DNA of 50,096 nucleotides from a virus (Duplodnaviria; Caudoviricetes): IMG/VR virus record IMGVR_UViG_3300028396_000011, positions 1 to 50,096 of that record; one strand, 5' to 3'. Shown piece by piece: positions 10,601 to 18,324 of this stretch (position 1 is its first letter; each line of letters starts with the position of its first letter). The notes under the pieces were generated by a model. It saw only the letters and a program-made list of their open reading frames with translations, ran no database searches and was not told where the DNA came from. The position numbers and the translations under genes were made by a program.

Positions 10601-10774
10601 AGGTTTATTTTTTTTCTGCGATTCTATATTACGTTTTATCTCTTCTTCAGTAATAATATCAATATTACCTTCGACACCTCCAAAATACTTTTTAGTTCGG
10701 CCACCCTTAGATTTTTTTTGACGAAGAGAAGTTAGTATTTTATTAGTATTTTTACTAGATCTTTTATTACTCAT
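7655..10774 (-). CDS. Gln/Ala/Asn-rich coiled-coil ejection (DNA-conduit-like) protein, 1039 aa
   Basis: Long Q/A/N-rich C-terminal half; position downstream of the tail fibres. Confidence 0.65.
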   Translation of the reverse strand: MSNKRSSKNTNKILTSLRQKKSKGGRTKKYFGGVEGNIDIITEEEIKRNIESQKKNKPQLQETAEQKAAREAAEKAAKEKEDKLAAEQAAEAARLEAERVAKYGKVSVTNSGTSTTTTTPTSTNTTTSNVDPEPKRSDYKGNVGGQNAYKNAHNAWKARQGENARNLNITENNGSGLPEDIYSSIGQTGQQGNNMANNKTNVEDFVKSIPRPQITSPEKPTVNSATVKKLAVSDVKETDPDTTKLKAGLSTKTEKLDDATAISREKAIAGTATTTLAPGTAQAESVTTFEPAEYTAAKAVDLDPTISAIGDLSAESIADPDEIRELTEKAEGVTTTADQKSSTLAKEAQFTIDSRTFARDVTGSETQVSSTKAAEEKQRTEILGEPAPAGDAAAITDVVGFQAAQRRTVTGTAAKGAAAEMIAQTSGIPSDITAAIVEDPATVEAQIDEQPVEVRAAVAALPTEALVSSQMDSLLGGLEDGETPAWAKPAISAVEQKLAQRGLSASTVGRDALFNAIIQSALPMAQSNAQALQQRAAQNLSNEQQANLTQSTQDMQRRMANLANKQTAASQTAQMAQQMGVLQSNFDQQAVLTSAQQQQQTRTQNLANEQQSAVLRSQNQQAINAMELGNEQQIELAEMKYEDATARENMTAYNQKRLVDMQIAADFLVKNAGFKQQMELANLSNDQQMRLANLSSRNQNASENLSAAQQTELADLNSRLQTNLLQGKIAAEMNQAQLNVDQQQAIQHASTVANIDLTKFNAAQQVELANSKAMQTLVLADLSNEQQAMLQNATALASLDMAAVDQRTKVAITNAQSFLSMDMANLNNEQQAIMFDQQAKQQRILSDQAAINAEKQFNATSKNQVNQFLTSTEAAMRQFNASQQNAMTQFNTSEINRLKAINAQNVTDVSKHNASLKLTADQFNENMDLQRDTWNAANAQAVEQSNIEWRRKSNTIDTAAQNASNMLNAQQVFQMDSAEMAFLWQNLRDDATYVRTAFENEQQRKTTLYATALANEGATGGAEKSTNVDRLFTLINGIT

Positions 10775-10777
10775 TAT

Positions 10778-10999
10778 TTATCCTAAGTGTGTAATAATAA
10801 CAGAAGAGGCACCAGTAAATACCACGCCTACTACAAGCCATGCAAGTCTTTCCCACCGTGCAGCATGAGATGCAGCTAACTCCCTTAACTGTTTTAACTC
10901 AGCCGTGGCTTCTCCCCAACGCTCTCCACATTCTTTCTCATGTTGAGCAATCTTTTCTAAAGCCTCTAGAGCTATTTCCATCTCAGTTTTTACTGCCAT
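10778..10999 (-). CDS. Small coiled-coil plus C-terminal TM protein
   Basis: HEKECGERW motif, coiled coil, hydrophobic C-terminus. ATG 10999 follows an AGGTG SD-like sequence. Confidence 0.65.
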   Translation of the reverse strand: MAVKTEMEIALEALEKIAQHEKECGERWGEATAELKQLRELAASHAARWERLAWLVVGVVFTGASSVIITHLG

Positions 11000-11011
11000 A
11001 ACTACTTTCAC

Positions 11012-11161
11012 CTACTGCTTTGCTTTACCAACATTAATGGCTAACAAGTCTGTAAGTTTGTAAAACTTTTCAACCCATTTATTATTATTAGGAATAGGTT
11101 TTAAAGCAGCAATAATAGAAGCTACAGTAACAATTGTTGTAATAATATTAATTAAATCCAT
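11012..11161 (-). CDS. Small membrane protein, holin-like (49 aa; not in ORF track)
   Basis: MDLINIITTIVTVASIIAALKPIPNNNKWVEKFYKLTDLLAINVGKAKQ, preceded by SD AAGGAG. Confidence 0.75.
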   Translation of the reverse strand: MDLINIITTIVTVASIIAALKPIPNNNKWVEKFYKLTDLLAINVGKAKQ

Positions 11162-11178
11162 TTTAAACTCCTTAAAAG

Positions 11179-11207
11179 ATTATAGCATATTTTCTGAAGG
11201 TTGTCTA
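11179..11207 (-). promoter_or_regulatory. Sigma70-type promoter for the ejection/lysis block
   Basis: TAGACA-17 bp-TATAAT with an extended -10 TG, in an intergenic gap. Confidence 0.75.
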
Positions 11208-11225
11208 CTGTTAAAGTTTTATTTA

Positions 11226-11408
11226 TTACCAATTTGGTTTAGGGATGTCTTCCATGCTTGGGAAATCTTCAGTAGCTGGATAGTCACGAAGCAGTTGGCG
11301 ATATGCTAATATTTCAGTTCTTTTTCCGTGATCCGTAATTGCTGCAAGTTCATCTGTTTGCCGCAAGCAAAGCTGCAACTGATCTCTACATATTTCTTCC
11401 ATGTCCAT
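11226..11408 (-). CDS. Tail fibre assembly chaperone-like protein (short)
   Basis: ILAYRQLLRDYP..EDFP motif; paralogue of 14109-14408. Confidence 0.7.
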   Translation of the reverse strand: MDMEEICRDQLQLCLRQTDELAAITDHGKRTEILAYRQLLRDYPATEDFPSMEDIPKPNW

Positions 11409-11410
11409 AA

Positions 11411-13186
11411 CTAAGATACCCTATAATAAGTTGTTGAAACTGAACCCAGTGATCCTGAAGGATTACCAACTACATCTGGTGTAGGAATTTTTGTCTGTGT
11501 GGTTGAGTTAGTATACATACCAACCAAATGACCGTTATGTACTTCAGAGTCTTCCCAGCCTGCTGATACAGAAGCACCTTTGTTTGTGCCGTCAAGTGCG
11601 TACATGTGGCAATTGGAAGTATCAGTAACCAAAAACACATTGTTTGTTGAATCAACAGCAAGGGATACAAGTGTTGAGGAAGTATGTGGCGTGTCAGAAA
11701 GAGTTACAAAACTAACGTAGCTGGAACCAGTTGCGTTGTACTTATGGATTTTAGAATTAGACCCATCAAGTACATAGAGGTTAGTGCCATCGTGCGCTAT
11801 GCCTACAGCATTTGTCCCACTGACTTTATTACTAATGTCTATAGTAGAAACAAAAGCATTACTAGTGGTTGAGTAGGTGTGTATATTTGTACCGTTTAAG
11901 TTGTACAAAACATTATTGTGGTACGCAAGCCTATAAGGTGTTGCTTGTGAAGATGTGCTAATAGCAGTACCAAGTGCCTTAGTTGTTGGATGTATAGCAA
12001 AAATCTTGTTTTCATTAGTGTGCCCAATGTAAATAGTACTTGCGTCCTTAAATGCGTAGCCTCTGTAGCCTGTAGCAAAATACTGTGTATCAAAAGTAAT
12101 TGTGGTAGTCACGCCTGAATATTTTCCAGCGAAAGGTGCAGTCTGATTACTTCTTTGAAACATTAGTGCGTGAGTTCCGTGAACAAACGGTGCCCTGTAG
12201 TTGTAGTTGTTAGTATTATCTATGTTAGATATGTCATAATTATAATTGTTTTGGACGTTAGTATAACGGGCATCCCATGTTGATAGGTGCTGATTAGAAT
12301 AACTACTAGAAGGTCTTACCTTTATAGTAAATCTGTAAGTTGACTGACTAGTTCCACTTAAACTGTCGGGCCAGACCTCTGGATTTCTCCACCACTCGCC
12401 ATTAGTAGGCCCTGTAAAAAGAGTTTTTGAGGTTATTTCTGTAAGCTCCCCAGAGGTATTATTTAAGTTAGGTACTGCATAGGTTACTTGATATGTAGTA
12501 GCACCCTGTGCTTGACCTTGATGCAGAACAACAATACGGTCAGTGCCGTCAATATGCAAAAAGATTGCTTTCACATAATTTCTATTAGGAGGCCATCCAC
12601 TTCCAGTCCCATAGTCTGTTAGGTCAAAAGTGCCGTAATGCGTCTGTAGATCATTACTCAAATATGCAATTGCTGGTACTTGGTTGGTGCCGCCATCTCC
12701 AGAGAAAAAAGCTCTTAGGTTGGTAGCAGGCAAATTACTAGCTAGTGCGCGTGAAGTCATTCCATAAGCAACACAGCTAATTTTGTCTGCGGAACAAGTT
12801 GTAGGAAAAACTGTACCATCACGAAGATTCCTGCTTGATACAAAAGTAGTTCCATAACTACTGAACTTATTGACCCACCCGGTGCTTATTATACTAAACA
12901 TTTCTTGAGTCCCGGTGTCAGCCATTCCGCCACCGTTATTTTGATATACGGTACTTACACCCTGCCAAGGAGATAAACTAGTATCATAGTCAGAATGGTT
13001 TGCTAGAGTTCCGGAACTAATAAAACTTTTTACTGGAGCATCAGGGTATGTAGAAGAAGACGCTGTAAGTCCTGTTCTAAGAAAAACTTCACTCCCTTTA
13101 GTTACAGTATTTGCCGTATCAAGTAAACTTAGGTTTCCACCAATAGGAACAGATACACCGCCGCCGCCACCTAATTTAATAGCCAT
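11411..13186 (-). CDS. Receptor-binding/tail fibre tip protein with a probable C-terminal beta-propeller
   Basis: S/T/G/N-rich. Repeated blades (GIAHDGTNLYVLD, SLAVDS..NVFLV). Followed by a chaperone gene. Confidence 0.65.
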   Translation of the reverse strand: MAIKLGGGGGVSVPIGGNLSLLDTANTVTKGSEVFLRTGLTASSSTYPDAPVKSFISSGTLANHSDYDTSLSPWQGVSTVYQNNGGGMADTGTQEMFSIISTGWVNKFSSYGTTFVSSRNLRDGTVFPTTCSADKISCVAYGMTSRALASNLPATNLRAFFSGDGGTNQVPAIAYLSNDLQTHYGTFDLTDYGTGSGWPPNRNYVKAIFLHIDGTDRIVVLHQGQAQGATTYQVTYAVPNLNNTSGELTEITSKTLFTGPTNGEWWRNPEVWPDSLSGTSQSTYRFTIKVRPSSSYSNQHLSTWDARYTNVQNNYNYDISNIDNTNNYNYRAPFVHGTHALMFQRSNQTAPFAGKYSGVTTTITFDTQYFATGYRGYAFKDASTIYIGHTNENKIFAIHPTTKALGTAISTSSQATPYRLAYHNNVLYNLNGTNIHTYSTTSNAFVSTIDISNKVSGTNAVGIAHDGTNLYVLDGSNSKIHKYNATGSSYVSFVTLSDTPHTSSTLVSLAVDSTNNVFLVTDTSNCHMYALDGTNKGASVSAGWEDSEVHNGHLVGMYTNSTTQTKIPTPDVVGNPSGSLGSVSTTYYRVS

Positions 13187-14107
13187 TTATAGCTCCTTCC
13201 ATCCAATAGTTGAATCAACATAAACCAGAGAAGCTCCAGCATCTGCTGCTAGTTCCCCATCGTCTGTTGCTGAATTAATTTTTGAGCCGTTACGAGCTAC
13301 AGTGACTGTGCCGGTTCCAGCGTTCTTAATAAATACTACATCACCAGCACTAGGGCTTGCGGGTAGTGTGATTGTTACTGCACTGCTTGAGTTAACAATA
13401 AGCTGGTCTTTACTAACAGCAGTATAGTTTCCTGTCTTGATAGCAAAGTCATTATAAGCACCACCAATAGTTGCAAAGGCTAGTGTACCACTACCATTAG
13501 TGGTTAAACTTTGACCTGCTGTACCATCAGCCGTTGGCATTTTAAGACCGTTTAAGTTGGTAGAAGCTGCGTTATAGGCATGATTACCCATATAAGCATG
13601 ACTTGAACACTGATAGTAAAGGACGCTAGGCGTTTCTCTATCTACTGCTATCTGTGTATAAGCTCCTGCACTTCCCGGAGTACCAGTGGTCGTTACGCCT
13701 GTAGTGTAAGCTGTTGTTTTAGCGGCATCCATGTAAAACAACAAAGGATGCCCACTGTTTGACCCGTCTGCTTGATCAAAACGATAAAAATATTCAGTGT
13801 TAGCTGTGACACTATCAGCACCGTGTAAATTAATAGCAGGAGACTCAATACCATTTAGGAAATAACCTGAGCTACTTCCGTCTCCATTATATGGATGTGC
13901 TGAAGTTTTAGAAGCTACTGTAACTGTAAATATTACGGGGCTTGAAGAACTTCCGTACACTCCACCTGCACCAGCACCCGCTGCAAGTTTTGTAGATGTG
14001 ATAGCACCATCAGCAATTGCAGAAGCTGTAATGGCATTGTCAGCGATTGCAGCAGAAGTTACTGCATCGTCAGCAATACCAGTAGCTTTAATTTTTGTTG
14101 TAGCCAT
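13187..14107 (-). CDS. Short tail fibre/adaptor protein with a cupredoxin-like domain
   Basis: IADxAITxxxI repeats, GHP...YYQCSSHAYMG domain, C-terminal TITLPASP fibre module. Confidence 0.75.
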   Translation of the reverse strand: MATTKIKATGIADDAVTSAAIADNAITASAIADGAITSTKLAAGAGAGGVYGSSSSPVIFTVTVASKTSAHPYNGDGSSSGYFLNGIESPAINLHGADSVTANTEYFYRFDQADGSNSGHPLLFYMDAAKTTAYTTGVTTTGTPGSAGAYTQIAVDRETPSVLYYQCSSHAYMGNHAYNAASTNLNGLKMPTADGTAGQSLTTNGSGTLAFATIGGAYNDFAIKTGNYTAVSKDQLIVNSSSAVTITLPASPSAGDVVFIKNAGTGTVTVARNGSKINSATDDGELAADAGASLVYVDSTIGWKEL

Positions 14108-14108
14108 T

Positions 14109-14408
14109 TTACGCTCCTAGTTCTGGGCGAGTAGCTGGAAAGTCTGACGTACTAGGCCAATCCCGTAGTGCCTGACGATACGTTAAGATGTTATCTCTGT
14201 TAGGCCAGTCTGGGGTCTGTGCTGCTTTGTCTGTAGACTCTAGTTCTTCATCACGCCATAACCTTGCAGCGCCTTCCGCTGAAACAGGACTTGTAGCAGT
14301 AGCAGCCTCTTCGTACCTACCAGCATAATTTGCCTCAACAAACGCTAGGTCAGCTACAATGCGGTTAACTTCTTCGTTGCTTTCATTCTTAATAATATAA
14401 TTAGCCAT
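14109..14408 (-). CDS. Tail fibre assembly chaperone
   Basis: WRDEELESTD...PDWP...YRQALRDWP...FP motif. Confidence 0.8.
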   Translation of the reverse strand: MANYIIKNESNEEVNRIVADLAFVEANYAGRYEEAATATSPVSAEGAARLWRDEELESTDKAAQTPDWPNRDNILTYRQALRDWPSTSDFPATRPELGA

Positions 14409-14419
14409 TGTAGCCTCCG

Positions 14420-15610
14420 TTAAACAAACATGATGATGCAGACGCCATCACCGCCCGGCCCCCAAACGCGAGCCGTGGCAGATGTAGCGGTATGGAAGGG
14501 GCCGCTAAAGGCACCGCTACCTCCACCACCAACTCCTCCGTTACCAGTGCCTACTTGGCCAGTGCTGGTCGTGTCTACGCCGCTTATCCAAGTAAGCGCA
14601 CCGCCACCCCCAAAGCCACCGCCGGTTGCGGATTGGTAATAATGGCCAGTGTTTCCGCTGGGATTGTAGCCTGAACTGGCACCAGACCCGCCTCCAAAAC
14701 CACCATTTCCAGAGTAAACACCAGTGTTGTGAGTGTGGTAGGCATAGCCTCCATTGCCTTGAGCGTCAATAGTGCTGATCGTAGGACTAGTATTTGGGCC
14801 GCCTGAAGTACCGGTAATCATTTTAGTCGATGTCGGTGCTATTGGTTCTGCTGCGGGAGCGTCTTTTGCGGAACTTCCACCTAAACTAAGGTAGGCATAA
14901 GCACCAGTGCTAGTAACACCAAGGACATCACCTCCGTTACCTCCAACACCTGCGCCGCCAGTAGCAATAATTTTATCTTGACCGCCCACAGCACCTGTCA
15001 TAGTCACGCTGCCGCCATTAAAGGCTGTGCCATAAAGAGCAACAGCGCCTCCTCCTGTTGTTACAGCATTGTTGGGGCATCCAGCCACCCTTGAGATAGT
15101 ACCCCCAGTGCCACCTGTGTAATTAAAGTCACCACCACTAGCAGTACCGCCTGCTCCTCCAGCAGTAGAGACAGCACTAGAAGTAGATGCGCTAAACTGC
15201 CCACCACCGCCACCATTAGCAACCATGTTTACAGACACCGCTGCGGAAGCAGTAACAAAGCTAGTGTTGCCCCCGTTGTTACCTACTCTAGAAGAGTTAA
15301 TATTATTTGGTGCCAACGTACTAGCGCCTCCAGCGCCAATAGTGATCGTGAAGGTTTCTCCTGCTGTTACATTGAAAGTTTTTTCGCTGTAACCACCACC
15401 GCCACCGCCTGTAGCATCTCCTTGGTTCTGATCTATGCTTGCGTTTTTATTAGCAAGGAACGCACCTTGACCTCCACCACCAGTAATGATGACTTTGATC
15501 CTACCTGTTAATGGCGCTGTAAAAGTCTTTGACTGACCAATAACAAACTGTGTTGTGGGTATTGGTGCTGCATCTCCACCACCGCTAATAAAATCTGTAA
15601 AGTTGCTCAT
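14420..15610 (-). CDS. Glycine-rich tail fibre tip/adhesin protein
   Basis: TFTAP..G.IKVIITGGGG, GGGGG runs, C-terminal GGDGVCII. ATG 15610 overlaps the upstream stop (ATGA). Confidence 0.8.
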   Translation of the reverse strand: MSNFTDFISGGGDAAPIPTTQFVIGQSKTFTAPLTGRIKVIITGGGGQGAFLANKNASIDQNQGDATGGGGGGYSEKTFNVTAGETFTITIGAGGASTLAPNNINSSRVGNNGGNTSFVTASAAVSVNMVANGGGGGQFSASTSSAVSTAGGAGGTASGGDFNYTGGTGGTISRVAGCPNNAVTTGGGAVALYGTAFNGGSVTMTGAVGGQDKIIATGGAGVGGNGGDVLGVTSTGAYAYLSLGGSSAKDAPAAEPIAPTSTKMITGTSGGPNTSPTISTIDAQGNGGYAYHTHNTGVYSGNGGFGGGSGASSGYNPSGNTGHYYQSATGGGFGGGGALTWISGVDTTSTGQVGTGNGGVGGGGSGAFSGPFHTATSATARVWGPGGDGVCIIMFV

Positions 15611-18321
15611 GCCATTGCCCATCCTACTGTAGAGTTTGTATAAATAAATTGAATTGAAAGATATTCTTTATCTAGTGTCATATCAGTACCACTAGACATA
15701 ATGTTACTTCCGTTACGTCCAACTACTGTGTTTGTAAAGTTTCCAACTGTGATTAAAACTCTTTGACCAATTGTAGGTGACGCAGGTAATGTAATGGTTC
15801 TTCCAGCAGTATCCACATATACATGTGTGTTTACCGTAGCTGTTATGCTTGCACTAGTAACTACTGACGTTATACCAACTGTCACAGGCTCAGAAGCTAT
15901 CTTAGCTGCTGTTACTGCATTGCTTGCTATCTTGGCTGTAGTAATATTAGAATCAACTATAGAGGCTGTTACAACTGAACTTGTTGCTAATTGATCGGCA
16001 CCAACAGCATCGTTTGCAATTTTAGCTTGTGTTATATTGTCATCTACTATAGAGGCTGTTACAACTGCATTTGCAGCTAACTGGTCTGCACCAACAGCAT
16101 CGTTTGCAATTTTAGCCTGAGTTACATTGTCATCTACTATAGAAGCGGTAACTACTGCACTCGCTGCTAATTGATCTGCACCAACAGCATCGTTTGCAAT
16201 TTTAGCTTGTGTAACCGCATCGCTTGCTAATTTAGCTGTAGTAACCGTGCCATCGCCCGGAGTTGTTGAAGCAGCAACAGTAGAAATAATAATAACTTCT
16301 ACCTTAACGCCTGTGGCTGGGGCAGTGCTAAAAGTAAGTGTAGTTCCGCTAAAGCTAAAAGTATCTTTATGCTGATATACACCATCAAAATAAACTTGAA
16401 TAGAGTTTTCAGAAGCAGGTGTAACAGACATGGTGAGCGTTGTGTCGCTTCCATCGCCTGTCATGGTGTCTAGCGTGAACTGAGCCTCACCGCCTCCAAT
16501 GTCTCCCCAAGAAGTAGTATAGCCCTCAAACTTTCCAGTTGTACTGTTATATCTAAACTGTCCTGCTGAAGCCGTAGGACGCTGTGCTGTAGTACCAACA
16601 GGGAGTTTTAATGCTCCTGTCGTGCCCATTGTAGTAGTAATTGCTGTAGCGTGATTGCCCATATAAGCATGTGAGCTACACTGATAATATAAAATATTAG
16701 GCGTATCAGACGTTACAGCTATTGTAGTATGAGCACCAGAACTTCCGGGAGTTCCTGAAGTTGTTACACCAGTTGTGTACGCCGAAGTCTTAGCTGCGTC
16801 ATAATAAAAACGTAATGGGTGTCCGCTGTTTGAAGAATTAGATTGATCAAACTTATAATAGTATCCACTAGAGCTTGTAATACTATCTACGCCTAGTAAA
16901 GATAATGCTGGAGACTCTTCACCATTTAAAAAATATGCACTGCTAGAACCATCACCGTTATAAGGATGTGATGAAGTTTTTGAAGCTACTGTAACTGTAA
17001 ACACTACAGGGCTTGAAGCACTACCATAATCTCTTGTTACGATAGAACCAGTAACTTGAGAGTCTACATAAGCTTTAACAGACTGTTGAGTAGGCACAAG
17101 TGTTGCACTATTAGAAGACATAGTATCTTCATCTACGAATGCAGTTACATTGATTGAACCATCATTAAGACTTCCAAAAGTTAAGTTTGTAATGGCAACA
17201 GCATCAATTGTGCCACCTTCTACTTTATTACCAGAAATCTGATTGTCTGCAAGTGTAAGAGTACCTCCTGAGACATCTAAAGCATTACCAGATCCTACAG
17301 TAATATTAGCACCATCTACAGTGCCTCCATTAATATCTGGATTTGTTAAAGTCTTGTTAGTAAAAGTTTCACCACCTGCAAGCGTAGCTACAGTGCTGTC
17401 AATTGCAAAAGTTACTGTATTACCTGAACCAGACGTATTAATACCTGTACCGCCTGTAAAGGTCATAGCTTCGCTGTCAAGGTCAATGCTTAAAGCACCA
17501 CCAGAGTCTGCACTAAAGTCCAAGTCCTGTGCAGTTACTTGAGCGTCTACATAAGCCTTAATAGACTGCTGAGTAGCTAAAGACGTATTACTATTAGAAG
17601 TTAAACCATCTTCATCAAGAATAGAGGTTACTGTAGTACCACTGTTTAATACAAGGCTGTCAAGATTAGCAGTACCGTTAATGTATAAGTCTTTCCACTC
17701 AGCCCCTGTAGCACCTAAGTCATGAGTATTATCCGCACTGGGAAGCAAGTCAGAAGCTACATCAGCACTAAAAGATACTGTATCTGTAGCAGCATCACCA
17801 AAAGTTAAGTTACCTGCAATGGTTGCGTTGCCAGTTACTGTAAGATTACCGCCTACACTTAGATTATTAGAAAGCGTTGTAACGCCTGTGACACCTAAAG
17901 TACCTGCAACTGTAGCATTTACATCTACATCTAAAGTATCTACATGTGCTGTACCGTCTAAAAATAAATCTTTAAACTCTAAAGAAGATGTGCCTAAATC
18001 AATATCATTGTTTGTTACAGGTACAATAGCACCATCTTGAATACGAATCTGCTCTACAGCAGCACTAGAAACTTCTACATAAAAACCAAGACGATTGTTT
18101 GTTCCGTCTACTTCAATCTTGTTAAGAAAATCAAGATCACCAATTTTAAAAATATTACCGCCCTGACCAGCAGTACCATCGTGTCTGTGGCCTGTGCTTA
18201 CTGCACTGCTAGAAGAGTAAGCAAAAGAGTTTACTAATTGGTTATATTCGTTATTAAATAACGATGCTGATATAGTATCTCCATCAGCGAATGTACTTTG
18301 TCTGGTATAGCTCTGAGCCAT
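15607..18321 (-). CDS. Main tail fibre protein (904 aa)
   Basis: N-terminal anchor (YTRQS...GHRHDG), LATQQSIKAYVD repeats, cupredoxin-like domain, LPVGTTAQRP motif, TITLPASP C-terminal module. Confidence 0.85.
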   Translation of the reverse strand: MAQSYTRQSTFADGDTISASLFNNEYNQLVNSFAYSSSSAVSTGHRHDGTAGQGGNIFKIGDLDFLNKIEVDGTNNRLGFYVEVSSAAVEQIRIQDGAIVPVTNNDIDLGTSSLEFKDLFLDGTAHVDTLDVDVNATVAGTLGVTGVTTLSNNLSVGGNLTVTGNATIAGNLTFGDAATDTVSFSADVASDLLPSADNTHDLGATGAEWKDLYINGTANLDSLVLNSGTTVTSILDEDGLTSNSNTSLATQQSIKAYVDAQVTAQDLDFSADSGGALSIDLDSEAMTFTGGTGINTSGSGNTVTFAIDSTVATLAGGETFTNKTLTNPDINGGTVDGANITVGSGNALDVSGGTLTLADNQISGNKVEGGTIDAVAITNLTFGSLNDGSINVTAFVDEDTMSSNSATLVPTQQSVKAYVDSQVTGSIVTRDYGSASSPVVFTVTVASKTSSHPYNGDGSSSAYFLNGEESPALSLLGVDSITSSSGYYYKFDQSNSSNSGHPLRFYYDAAKTSAYTTGVTTSGTPGSSGAHTTIAVTSDTPNILYYQCSSHAYMGNHATAITTTMGTTGALKLPVGTTAQRPTASAGQFRYNSTTGKFEGYTTSWGDIGGGEAQFTLDTMTGDGSDTTLTMSVTPASENSIQVYFDGVYQHKDTFSFSGTTLTFSTAPATGVKVEVIIISTVAASTTPGDGTVTTAKLASDAVTQAKIANDAVGADQLAASAVVTASIVDDNVTQAKIANDAVGADQLAANAVVTASIVDDNITQAKIANDAVGADQLATSSVVTASIVDSNITTAKIASNAVTAAKIASEPVTVGITSVVTSASITATVNTHVYVDTAGRTITLPASPTIGQRVLITVGNFTNTVVGRNGSNIMSSGTDMTLDKEYLSIQFIYTNSTVGWAMA
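15956..16215 (-). repeat. About 3 x 90-bp tandem repeat (30 aa, VTQAKIANDAVGADQLAxxAVVTASIVDDN)
   Basis: ccaacagcatcgtttgcaattttagc recurs at 16001, 16091 and 16181. Confidence 0.92.
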
Positions 18322-18324
18322 CTA

